Assembly (NCBI GenBank): GCA_021815445.1
Contig: JAKAGM010000001.1
Location: forward strand, 3,447-67,446
From: a bacterium
GTDB taxonomy: Bacteria > Patescibacteriota > Patescibacteriia > UBA10025
Reading direction: 5' to 3'
DNA: 64,000 bases
The notes beneath the pieces are model-generated. The model had not been told where the DNA came from and made no database searches. It saw only the letters and a program-made list of their open reading frames with translations. Each line of letters opens with the position of its first letter. Position 1 is the stretch's first letter. Positions 28,395 to 38,200 of the stretch are shown one piece after another. The translations under genes were made by a program, and so were the position numbers.

Positions 28395-29243
28395 ATGCGC
28401 TATATAAAAAAATACATTTACCTTGTGCCTATCGTCATACTGTTAATGCTCGCAGTAGGTTTTTTCGTATTTCGAGGCGACGGAATGCTCGTCGTCACCT
28501 TCCTCGATGTCGACCAAGGAGACAGTATCCTTATCCAAAGCCCTTCAAGCGCCACTGTCCTTATCGATTGCGGGCCGGACAGATCAGTGCTCTCGGAGCT
28601 CGGCCGCAGTGTGCCGTTTTATGACCGGACAATTGATCTTCTCGTCATCACGCATCCCGATGCCGACCATATCACCGGATGCATTGATGTCGTCGAGCGG
28701 TATCGCATTTCACGGGTGCTGATCACAGGCATTGCCTCAACAAGCAACCTGTGGTCAATTTTGGACGATGCCATAGAACGAAAACACATTCCCGCCACTG
28801 TAGCGCGGGCTGGTGAATCATTTATGTTTGATAGGGCTGTGCTGCGCGTCCTGTTTCCTCTTGAGGACGTTTCCGGCCAAACGTTTAAAAACACGAACGA
28901 CAGCTCGATAGTTGCGATGCTTGAGTATGGCGATGAAAGATTCCTTTTCACGGGCGATGCGAATGTCAGTGTTGAGCAGAAACTTCTCCAAGTGGGAACC
29001 AACGTGTCCGCCCAAGTGCTCAAAGTCGGGCATCACGGGAGCAGGACATCGTCATCACGGGAGTTTCTCGAAAAGGTGCATCCGGCTTATGCCGTCATCC
29101 AAGTAGGTGAGAAAAATAAATACGGACATCCGACTCAGGATGTTCTCGAAAGGTTGCGGCACATTGGAGCCAAAGTGTTGAGAACGGACAGAGACGGACG
29201 GTTAGAGATGAAGAGTGATGGAAGACAGGTGCGGGTTAAGTAG
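28395..29243 (+). CDS. MBL-fold hydrolase, ComEC C-terminal-domain-like, TM-anchored
   Basis: FLDVDQGDSILI...LVITHPDADHITG...KVGHHGS, as found in the beta-lactamase domain of full-length ComEC. Confidence 0.8.
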   Translation: MRYIKKYIYLVPIVILLMLAVGFFVFRGDGMLVVTFLDVDQGDSILIQSPSSATVLIDCGPDRSVLSELGRSVPFYDRTIDLLVITHPDADHITGCIDVVERYRISRVLITGIASTSNLWSILDDAIERKHIPATVARAGESFMFDRAVLRVLFPLEDVSGQTFKNTNDSSIVAMLEYGDERFLFTGDANVSVEQKLLQVGTNVSAQVLKVGHHGSRTSSSREFLEKVHPAYAVIQVGEKNKYGHPTQDVLERLRHIGAKVLRTDRDGRLEMKSDGRQVRVK

Positions 29244-29253
29244 ACTCTGAACT

Positions 29254-29784
29254 ATGTCGCGGCCCTTTCACTTACACGTAGAAGAAGGATATTATTTTCT
29301 TACTGCTCGGACTCAGCAAGGATACCCGTTTTTACATAGCCAAAATGCCAAAAGAATTCTCTTAGGATCAATTGAACAATCGGTTCAACAATGCACGATT
29401 AAACTTTTTGCGTGGGTAATAATGGATAATCATTACCACATTCTTATCGGTACCGATAGGGGGCAAAGAATACAACAGCTTATGCAGCTGATTCATGGAA
29501 GAAGCTCAAGACGTCTACGAAAGTTTAATCAAACGGAGGGCAGACTGATCAGTCTGCCCTCCACGGGGTGGAAAGTCTGGCAAAATTACTGGGACATATG
29601 TATCCGTGATGAGGCAGATTTCTTTACCCACCTGAACTATATCCACCACAACCCGGTCAAGCACGGATTAGTGAGAAGGATGGAGGACTACCCATTTTCA
29701 AGCTATAGACAATACGTTCAAACAGAGGGTTCTCAGTGGCTCGACAGCTCCTTTGAGACTTATCCCGTCATTGACTTTACATAG
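29254..29784 (+). CDS. IS200-like Y1 HUH transposase / REP-associated tyrosine transposase (RAYT)-like
   Basis: HUH motif NHYHILI, downstream YIHHNPVKHGLV with the catalytic-Tyr region, 176 aa. I saw no flanking terminal hairpins. Confidence 0.75.
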   Translation: MSRPFHLHVEEGYYFLTARTQQGYPFLHSQNAKRILLGSIEQSVQQCTIKLFAWVIMDNHYHILIGTDRGQRIQQLMQLIHGRSSRRLRKFNQTEGRLISLPSTGWKVWQNYWDICIRDEADFFTHLNYIHHNPVKHGLVRRMEDYPFSSYRQYVQTEGSQWLDSSFETYPVIDFT

Positions 29785-29820
29785 TAGTAACCTTTCAGCT
29801 GCCTGACCATTACGTCCGCC

Positions 29821-29849
29821 TTGACAAAAGTTTACAGTTCATGTACGGT
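29821..29849 (+). promoter_or_regulatory. sigma70-type promoter (TTGACA-17 nt-TACGGT)
   Basis: TTGACA at 29821-29826, followed by a 57-nt leader to the SPFH gene (RBS aaagagagg). Confidence 0.5.
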
Positions 29850-29906
29850 ATGGGGAATTTCTAAATCACAAACTGTTCATCACATTCAACAGAAAGAGAG
29901 GTTTGT

Positions 29907-30974
29907 ATGGCCGCGGATCCAAGCGCTGAAAACACAGGATCCCGCCCGGGGCGACTCAGTGCGCTTCGAGATTTTACTTCGCGTTTTAAACCCACATTCA
30001 AAGCCGATGATAAGGCAATGCTCTTACTTCGGCTGGTCCTCTTCGTCGCGTGGGTCGGAGCCACCCTGGCTCTAGCTTTCACGCACCCGTTTCTGGCCGT
30101 CACCTTGTTTGGCACGGTTATGTTCTTCTTCGGCACCGTCAAGGTGGACGAAGGCAACCGTGGACTTCCATCTCTGCTTGGCGGGCGCAAACCCGTAAGT
30201 TTGCCTGAGGGCCTGAAGCCAGTCCTACCATTTTTGATCACGGTGCGCAGTATTGATATCCGTGATCATCTGACGATGGTAACTGTCAGGCATCAATCCG
30301 CGGACGGTTTCTTTCATGATGTGCAGGTTGCCGTGCAGTGGCATGCCCCTCGACGAAATGATGAGTCTGGTCGATGGTTCGACGGTCGTCAGCTTCTGGC
30401 GTTCGACAACCTTGAACCAGGGGTTGCTGAGCGGCAAGTGATCGCGCTGACCGAACAGGCTACAGAGCCCACCATAGCTTCCTATGCCCACGATCAGCTG
30501 TCCGGCATTAATGTCTACCAGTTGGTGGACAAGCTCAAGGATGCTCTGGAAAATGGGGTCAGCCTTGACCTGGGCGCAATCTTCTCCCGGGACTCGGCAA
30601 TCGCCCTGAAAACCCGGGCGGACATGGCTCGCCAAATCCGCGATGTCATTTCCGTCCAGCTGAAGTCTGTCGGGATTGTTGTCTCGATGGTCGCTATGGC
30701 CGTCGTGAATCCCGACAAGACCATTGTTGACCTCCTGGAGGAAATCCAAAGGCAGTTTGTCGAGAAGTCCTCCCAGGCGCTCGATACCGCGGGTGACATT
30801 CAGAAAGCGCTTCAGTTTGTCGAGGCGGCTAAGAGGCGCGGCCAGGAAGTTACGCTGCTTGACGCGTATCGAACGATTCGCGACCTCGATAACCGGGAAG
30901 TTGCAGCGAAGCAGGGCCTCTCAAGTGCCCTCATTGAAAGTCTTGCGAGGGCGGTCAGCAGTCAGGCAGCATGA
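29907..30974 (+). CDS. divergent SPFH/Band-7 domain membrane protein
   Basis: Two N-terminal TM helices, then VKVDEGNRGLPSLLGG..PEGLKPVLPFLITVRSIDIRDH (the SPFH core pattern) and a long helical C-terminus. Confidence 0.6.
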   Translation: MAADPSAENTGSRPGRLSALRDFTSRFKPTFKADDKAMLLLRLVLFVAWVGATLALAFTHPFLAVTLFGTVMFFFGTVKVDEGNRGLPSLLGGRKPVSLPEGLKPVLPFLITVRSIDIRDHLTMVTVRHQSADGFFHDVQVAVQWHAPRRNDESGRWFDGRQLLAFDNLEPGVAERQVIALTEQATEPTIASYAHDQLSGINVYQLVDKLKDALENGVSLDLGAIFSRDSAIALKTRADMARQIRDVISVQLKSVGIVVSMVAMAVVNPDKTIVDLLEEIQRQFVEKSSQALDTAGDIQKALQFVEAAKRRGQEVTLLDAYRTIRDLDNREVAAKQGLSSALIESLARAVSSQAA

Positions 30975-31023
30975 TCTTTCAACTTCTTCGGGTGTGAGCG
31001 GCCCAAGGGTGTTCACCTCCCAC

Positions 31024-31053
31024 GGACTCGTGTATTTTGCGGGTCCTTTTTTT
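31024..31053 (+). terminator. intrinsic terminator after the SPFH gene
   Basis: ggactcg...cgggtcc stem (one mismatch) followed by a T7 run. Confidence 0.55.
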
Positions 31054-31095
31054 GTTCAAGTGGGATTACGAATCCCACCTACACGTGAGGCGGTC

Positions 31096-31125
31096 TTGAC
31101 AAGATCATGGTAAATGTGGTAAGGT
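31096..31125 (+). promoter_or_regulatory. promoter with extended -10 (TTGACA-...-TGgTAAGGT)
   Basis: TTGACA at 31096-31101 and TGgTAAGGT at 31117-31125. Confidence 0.5.
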
Positions 31126-31275
31126 GGGGTGCTTTTTATGATGCACAAAGTGTGTCTTAGGAAGCTTGTCAGGAGGGTAGTATTTGAATGCTCTTTGACA
31201 ATTGAATGAACAATCAACTTAAGTTCTCATAACTCATAGCTCACCCCAGATGCGGGTGGAAAGGAGTAATTCCTT

Positions 31276-31380
31276 ATGAACGCGCATGCGTTCAAAGTGT
31301 CTTTTGGCACTTGGTGCGCCAGGGCACCCGCAAATTCCTGGACGTTTCCACTTCCAACGCGGGAGGTGAGCGATGGTTGA
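31276..31380 (+). CDS. candidate small ORF (34 aa) in the operon leader
   Basis: GAAAGGAG lies 9 nt upstream of the ATG. The peptide is MNAHAFKVSFGTWCARAPANSWTFPLPTREVSDG. It is absent from the ORF track because it is shorter than 60 aa. There is no homology evidence. Confidence 0.3.
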   Translation: MNAHAFKVSFGTWCARAPANSWTFPLPTREVSDG

Positions 31381-31431
31381 GCAGTATCTTGGAATGGCGC
31401 AAGTTGTTGAAGCGGGAGGAGGTGATCCTTC

Positions 31432-32355
31432 GTGAGGGAAAATCCAGCTTTACCCTTCGGCACATTAATTCGATGGGGAATTTCTGCTGCCAGACGGCAC
31501 AGCGAAGGTGAATTTAAGGATGGCATCCACTTCCTACATGAAGCCGACCACATGCTCTTTGCTTTTTTGCGAGAGCTAACCGACCGCACACAAAGTCCAG
31601 AACTTCGAGCACTTTTGAATTCCGTCGTCGAAGAACTGGGCCATTCCATTGGAGACAGCGAAATGGTACAGCAGCGGAGAGACAGAGGCAGGGGACAGCC
31701 CCAAGGAGCCTCTGTACAGAAAGATCGTCAACAGAATGTTAAAGTTGGCGATTCAGCACGAGGCAGAGTAAAGGTGAACGATCTTTCGGGCGCCGGCGGA
31801 GACCGTCTCAGACATATTCTGCAAGTAATTGATACCAAGGATGCGGAGCGAGCTTCATTGGTTTGCGAGAAGCTTGATGAGCACAGTCAATCGGGGCTGC
31901 TGCATCTTGGTCAAAGTCTGATCGCAGCGGGTGGTACGGATAATGAACAAAAGGACCTGCTGCTGAGACTCCTCGGCATCGGTGTTGGTGAAGAAAAACA
32001 AGCACACTCGAACACCGAAGTGATTACGAGAGCCGCGGAAGTTCTTTCGTGGCTTTCACCCGAGACTAAGCTGAAACTTCACGCAGCTAAGGCAAGCAAT
32101 GAAGCGCTCGCTGCTTTGCATCCTCTGGGAGAAGATCGCGTGCGCAAGTTGCTTGACGAAATGGCGCAAGATCTGGAGTTTCTCGAACAGCTCGTTGCGG
32201 CTAAACACGGGAGAATCCAGAAGGGTTTTTCTTGGATAGGCCGCATGTTTCAAAACTTGCGCGGAACACCGGCAAGCACAGATCAAGTGGAGGCCGCGCG
32301 CGCAAGCAACCTTGCAGCATGGGCAGCGGTCGAAGCACAACGCAATGCGAGTTAA
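31432..32355 (+). CDS. hypothetical all-helical protein (307 aa)
   Basis: GTG start preceded by GGAGGAGGTGAT, an almost full anti-SD complement. No recognisable motif. Confidence 0.55.
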   Translation: MRENPALPFGTLIRWGISAARRHSEGEFKDGIHFLHEADHMLFAFLRELTDRTQSPELRALLNSVVEELGHSIGDSEMVQQRRDRGRGQPQGASVQKDRQQNVKVGDSARGRVKVNDLSGAGGDRLRHILQVIDTKDAERASLVCEKLDEHSQSGLLHLGQSLIAAGGTDNEQKDLLLRLLGIGVGEEKQAHSNTEVITRAAEVLSWLSPETKLKLHAAKASNEALAALHPLGEDRVRKLLDEMAQDLEFLEQLVAAKHGRIQKGFSWIGRMFQNLRGTPASTDQVEAARASNLAAWAAVEAQRNAS

Positions 32356-32408
32356 CTGCAACCAATCCCCGGTGACGACAATTGTCCCGGTGCAAACTGG
32401 AGAAATAC

Positions 32409-33023
32409 ATGGCTGATAAAAGTGATGAAAGGGAAAAGCGTCCCGACAAGGACGAAAGGCCGAAATCAACCGCCGAAAAGGTGGCTGAGATAGCGGCTGA
32501 TCCTGTCACAGGGATGCTCGAAGGATTCGCCCAGGCGTTCCGCGAAATCGTGATGGACAGATCCGTCGCGGAGCTTGTGGTTCTGTGGCTGATGGGACTC
32601 GTGACTACGAAGATTGTAGTTAACGGGATCTCAAACTTCATTCGCAATGATGCAAACCTCGTGGACATGAAACACCAGCACAAGATGGAGCTTCTTGGCC
32701 GCCTCACCGGGAACACTGAATGGTTCCTGAAGCAGTGCAAGAAGACTCTGATTGAATGCAAGGACTTCGTGTTCGACAGAGCGAGTAAGTATTACCAGTT
32801 CCTCAAGACCAAGGACACCGAAAGTGCGGCATGGATCACGACCCACGCAGATCGTTTTGCAGCGGATGCGGAACGGATCCGTTTGGGGAGGAAGCAGGTA
32901 AGCTTTCTTCACCCACTCAGTGTGTTCAACCGGAGATTGGTATGGCGTCGTCGCTTGTGGCCAATCTCAATCCAGACGATCACCGTACCAACAACAGCAG
33001 TCAATGCTCAGGAGGTAAACTAG
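32409..33023 (+). CDS. hypothetical single-TM protein (204 aa)
   Basis: ATG at 32409 lies 7 nt after GGAG. Acidic N-terminus and a TM segment (VVLWLMGLVTTKIVV). The R/W-rich C-terminal tail could reflect a frame problem, because ORF 32831..33283 overlaps it in another frame. Confidence 0.45.
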   Translation: MADKSDEREKRPDKDERPKSTAEKVAEIAADPVTGMLEGFAQAFREIVMDRSVAELVVLWLMGLVTTKIVVNGISNFIRNDANLVDMKHQHKMELLGRLTGNTEWFLKQCKKTLIECKDFVFDRASKYYQFLKTKDTESAAWITTHADRFAADAERIRLGRKQVSFLHPLSVFNRRLVWRRRLWPISIQTITVPTTAVNAQEVN

Positions 33024-33024
33024 C

Positions 33025-34995
33025 ATGTCGGATGCAAATTCGACTTCAACTGGCCCGGAAGACGGCGCTGATACCATTTCTAAAAAGCGCGGTCTCTTCA
33101 AGTGGCTGTTACACTTGTTTGACAAGGAAAAGATGGATCCGGCAGCTCGTGGCCTCCTCAACGAGATTGACACTGAGGAAGGCACCAAACCGGTATGGCT
33201 CCTATGGGGTGCGTTGGCGGGAATGTTCTTCGCCTTCACTCAAACCGGCCGGTCTGGCGTCGACGCTGGCTACCAGTTCGTGAATCGCGAGCTGCAGCGT
33301 TTTCTGGATTTCACAAAACGCATCGCAGTGTTTACGGTATGGTGCGTGCTTCCAGGAGCGTTCTCGTACGTATTCTGGCTCTTGATGGCGACATGGCTGC
33401 AATTCGATCCGTCGTTTTGGCTGTTCTGGTCGGGGATCCTGGTTGCTCTCGGATGGACTGTGTTCTTCACCTATTTGGTGGTCATCCAGAGCATCATTCG
33501 GCTTCTCAAAGTTCAGGAAGACCTGTCGACAATCGACACCAAAACTCCGGAAGGAAAGAGGCTGAAGGAAGAGCGACGTGCGGCACGTTTTGCTCTCGCT
33601 GGCGCGTTCTCGAAATCGATCCTGTGGTGTTGCCTCTATATCCTGTTCGGTATGCTGTTGCGGCCGTGGGAACATCTCCTCACGTTCGTTATCTTCAACC
33701 TTTCCCTCTTTGTGACGCTCTTGACGAAAGACTCGTCACAGCGGGGGCGTGAAGGTAAGTGGACGATCGGACATCTCATGGAAGCTGTGCAAATCGGCAG
33801 CATAGCCGCGGTATGCATTTTCCTGACGATTCACTACTGGAATGTTGGTCTTCGGCGCGCGGGTGGTCCCCAGGTTGCAAAAGTCCTCGATGCCCTTGCT
33901 GACGTGGGTATTGTCACTTCGGACCAAGTTCTCGGTTGGGCACCGGTGAAGAGACAGGTCGACTCACTGAAAGTCGTCCGTTCAAAAGCAGAAGATCGGA
34001 ACAAGGACGGTTTTGTCGATGCTCTCGATACCGCATTTGCCGTCATGGATATCGACGGTCGCGGCGGGATGCCAAATCTCGCCGATCTGAGAGCTTTCCC
34101 GCTGTATTTCAGGTCAACCGCTGACACCACCATCAGTGAGCTCGGTGACGGTACGATGGATACCACAATTGTACGTGGCCCGCGCGAGTGGACTCTTCAT
34201 GCCACTGTCGGACCCTACAAGCAGCCGGTCGGCGACTTCAACGGCGATTTCCATGTCAACATGGAGGACTCCCTAGATTTCGCAAATTATCTGCTTATGG
34301 GTGGACACCCGCCAATCTACCAGACCGATCCGGATATGATCCCCGCCGGCGACAGACCTCTCACATCCGAGCCTCCAAAGAAGGACACTCTCGTGCTTTA
34401 CGGATCCTTGGAGAAACCTGAGGCTCGCTATCCGTCAGCCGATGTGAGGGATCGCGCTGACAGAATCCGCCAGCTCGCGGAACGCCAAGTAGAGGGAGAA
34501 CAGCAGCGTGCGGTGGTCGTACCGTCGGTATCTGAAGTGCCGATGGCATACTCACCGCAAACGGTGAATTACAACGTGGATGCGAAGAATCCCGAGCCCC
34601 TCTCCATAGGGCGATTCCCCAGCGGTTCTGTGATTCACATCCTGGCCACGGGCAAGATCAGGTACGATAATTTACTCGCCCAAAGGTTCACGATCGGTCC
34701 CATCGGAGATCCCGAGCAGGGGCCGGTATGGAAGGCCAATGTTGCCGGCGAAGACTTACCGATCTGGCATGGAGCACTATGCATCGTGGTCCCGCCAGAT
34801 AAGTCCATCAAAGGATTCGTACCCCCGTCGCAACACATGCCCTTGAATTGGATAAGGGATGGTGGCGGCGTATGGATTGCCGACTTCCCTGTCTCAATCG
34901 ACGGGGAGTATGAGCTTGTCGTCGCAGACGGAGGATACGGCGACAATGACGGGTATTACGTGGCTACGGTCAAGTGGTCACGTCAGTCAAGTTAG
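33025..34995 (+). CDS. polytopic membrane protein with dockerin/EF-hand-like loops and a C-terminal PA-IL (LecA)-like beta-sandwich domain
   Basis: AGGAGG RBS. About 7 TM segments. DRNKDGFVDALD and GDFNGDFHVNMEDSLDFANYLL Ca-loop motifs. The C-terminal pattern ILATGKIRY...HGALCIVVP...YELVVADGGYGDNDGYYVATVKW resembles LecA. Confidence 0.6.
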   Translation: MSDANSTSTGPEDGADTISKKRGLFKWLLHLFDKEKMDPAARGLLNEIDTEEGTKPVWLLWGALAGMFFAFTQTGRSGVDAGYQFVNRELQRFLDFTKRIAVFTVWCVLPGAFSYVFWLLMATWLQFDPSFWLFWSGILVALGWTVFFTYLVVIQSIIRLLKVQEDLSTIDTKTPEGKRLKEERRAARFALAGAFSKSILWCCLYILFGMLLRPWEHLLTFVIFNLSLFVTLLTKDSSQRGREGKWTIGHLMEAVQIGSIAAVCIFLTIHYWNVGLRRAGGPQVAKVLDALADVGIVTSDQVLGWAPVKRQVDSLKVVRSKAEDRNKDGFVDALDTAFAVMDIDGRGGMPNLADLRAFPLYFRSTADTTISELGDGTMDTTIVRGPREWTLHATVGPYKQPVGDFNGDFHVNMEDSLDFANYLLMGGHPPIYQTDPDMIPAGDRPLTSEPPKKDTLVLYGSLEKPEARYPSADVRDRADRIRQLAERQVEGEQQRAVVVPSVSEVPMAYSPQTVNYNVDAKNPEPLSIGRFPSGSVIHILATGKIRYDNLLAQRFTIGPIGDPEQGPVWKANVAGEDLPIWHGALCIVVPPDKSIKGFVPPSQHMPLNWIRDGGGVWIADFPVSIDGEYELVVADGGYGDNDGYYVATVKWSRQSS

Positions 34996-35022
34996 TTGAT
35001 TGTGTCATTTCAATTGTTCAAC

Positions 35023-35055
35023 GGGGGACGAGTCTTTACGATTCGCCCCCTTTTT
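35023..35055 (+). terminator. intrinsic terminator
   Basis: GGGGG...CCCCC stem followed by a T5 run. Confidence 0.6.
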
Positions 35056-35224
35056 ATTTAGCGGCATCAGATGTTTGCATAATGGGTCATGCAGACATTT
35101 TTTAAGTTGAAATAAATTTTCGAGCGGCGATAGCATGTAAAAAACTTGGAAGAATTCTCACTTGAAATAATATGCGTTCCATGGTATACTGAGTCAGGAA
35201 ATAAAAAACCAAAACCATTATCCC

Positions 35225-38200
35225 ATGCTACGACGGTATCTCTTTTTTACCGCAGTGTTTGGCGCGATAGCCATCGCGATAAGCATTTTTGCTGTGCCTG
35301 TCGGCCATGCTGCTTACGGTGATACGTCAACATTTATAGGTCAAATCTATGCCGGGGATGGCGGTCAGGTGCTGGACGCGTACTTTGATTTTCCTGATGA
35401 CATGATCCTTGATGCATCCGGAAATTTTCTCATCGCCGATACGTATAACAATGTCGTTCGGAAAGTGGACGGCTCGGGTATCGTGAGCACGATGGCCGGC
35501 ACGGGGTCGACGGGATTCATTAACGGTGCGAGCGGGTCAGCCGAATTTTATCAGCCGCGGGCGCTTGTCGCCGCTGCGAACGGCGATATCTACGTTGCTG
35601 ATTCCGCGAACAACGCCGTGCGAAAAATAAGCGGAGGAATTGTTTCCACCGTAGTTTCATCGGGGCTGAATTCGCCTCTGGGGCTCGCACTTGCCGGTAC
35701 GGCACTCTATATCTCTGATTCAGGAAACAATGCAATCAAGTACGTGAGCACGAGCGGAGGCGCCGTCACTACGTTGGCGACTGGCGTGAATGATCCCCGT
35801 AAACTTATCGTCAGCGCCGACGGTTCAAAACTTTATGTTGCTGATAACGGGAATCACCGTGTTGTTTCCATTGCACTGCCCGGAGGAGCCGTCACGGTTG
35901 TCGCCGGGTCGGGAACGTCAGGGTATGTCGAAGGAACCGGCACGGCTGCCCAATTCCAAAATGTCTGGGGGCTTGTCCAGGATGGAACGACACTCTACGT
36001 CACCGATCATGACGGGCTGGTGACTGACAGGATTCGCACTATTAATTTAAATACCGGGACGACCGGCCTTTTTGCCTTTGACCAGTACCAGCGCACAATG
36101 CTCTACCCCGGGGCCCTTGTCATAAAAGATGGTTACCTCTACGCGATGATGACCGGTAGAGGCACCATTCAACGATTTCTCCTTACTGATTCCGCTACGA
36201 CAGACCACTTCGGAGGTGTGGAGGCCTTCAGCGACACGATAGGCACCAACGCATTGGTGGGCAGGCCGCTTGATTTGACGTTGTCTCCCGACGGGAAGTA
36301 CGTGTACTTTTCCGAGAACAACAAGGTACGGAAGTTTGATGCGACCACGGGCGAGGTGCTCACCGTGCTTGGCTCCATTACTGACGGGTACCGTGAAGGC
36401 ACGGATGCGTACCCGAGTCCCATGAGATTCAGCGGGCCTTTTGGCATCACCGTGAACTCCACAGGCACGCGGCTGTATGTCGCCGACAGGAACAATAACA
36501 GGATCCGGGGAGTGCTTCTTGACGCGACTCCAATTTCTTCGTTCCTGGTGAGCGGAGCCGGGTTGACGAATACGACCGGCACGCAGGACAACGGCTACCA
36601 GGAGGGCGTGAAGTGCGAAGGAGAACTTGCCCAAGGGGTGTCAGGATGCGCGTATTTCAAAAATCCTGCGGGTATAGTCATTGACCCGACAAACACGTAT
36701 CTCTATGTCACCGATACGGGGAATAACCGCGTGAGGAGAGTCCGCATCTCCGACGGCCAAACTTCACTCATAGCCGGATCCGGGACAGCGGGATTTGCCG
36801 ACGGCGCCGGTTCCGCGGCAAAATTCAACCGGCCATTCGGGATAGCGATTGATTCGGCGGGCAAATTCCTCTATATCGCCGATTCAAACAATCATCGCAT
36901 TCGCAAGATTGACCTTGCTACCAATACAGTCTCGACATTGATCGGAACCGGGGCCCTCGGCTACGCCAATGCAACCCCGTTGAATTCAGTGCTCTCGTAT
37001 CCCGAATATGTCGATGTCACCAGTAATGGCAATGTGTATTTTACCGAAGCGGGCTCCCAGCGCATCCGTGTGTTTGATATTGCCGCAAACGCAGTCAAGC
37101 TTGTCGCCGGCTCCGGCACCCGCGGCTTCCTCAATGGCGCCGCGTCGGTGGCGAAGTTTAACAATCTCAAGGGGCTCGCAGTAGATACTCAAAAGAACAA
37201 GATTTTTGTCGCAGATTCCTGGAACGACCTCATTCGCGCCGTCAATATTACCGGAGATATTCCGTATACTGACCCGGCTCCCGAGGTTGCGGCTGTATCA
37301 CCGAAAAACGTCAATCCCGCGTGGAACACCGGGTCGGGCCTTAAAGTCCAAATCACGGGAAAAAACTTTCGGTATAACGCGACTGTATTGTTTGGAAACT
37401 TCACTGCTGAGAAGACATGGGTAGTGTCGGGGACTGCGATAGTTGCGCAGCTCCCGCTTTCAAAGATGTCCCCTGGAATCTATGACGTCACCGTTCGTGA
37501 AGCTGACGGGCAGGAAGCGACGCTGGAAAAAGGGTTCAATCTTACGCAGACAAATAATGCTCTCTCAACCACCTACTTTGCCTATGCGGGAAAGAAGCAG
37601 GCGAACATTGCCGTGGCGCCGGGAAGTTCTTTCTTTGCTTTCTCCTCAACGTTGAGAGGAGGTTTCAATGTTACCTCGGGAAATGTGGCCGGGGACAGCA
37701 AAAGCGAAATCATTGTCGGGACGGGAAACGGTATGAATCCCGAAATCCGTGTTTTCACGAATGGAGGAAAACTTCTCAGCGCGTTTGCACCGTATAGCCC
37801 CTCCATTAAGTCGGGCGTGCGCCTCTATGTCTGCGATGTGAATGGCGACGGGGCGAAGGATATAGTCACAGTCCCCGGGCCGGGCGCTGCACCGCTCGTC
37901 AAAGTATTTTCGGGCGAGGGAAAATTGGAGTCAAGTTTTTCCGCGCTCGACGGAAAGTTTAAAGGCGGCGCGTTCTTGGCCTGCGGAGATGTGAATGGCG
38001 ACGGTGTCAGCGATATAGTCGTATCCGCGGGAAAAGGCGGGGGGCCACATGTCACCGCGCATTCGTCCTCCGGCAAAATCATAGCGAACTTTTTCGCTTA
38101 TGATAAAAATTTCCGAGGAGGCATCAGGGTCGCTACGGCAGATATTGACGGTGACGGCAAGGAAGAAATCATTACCGGGCCCGACAACGGCGCGCCGCAC

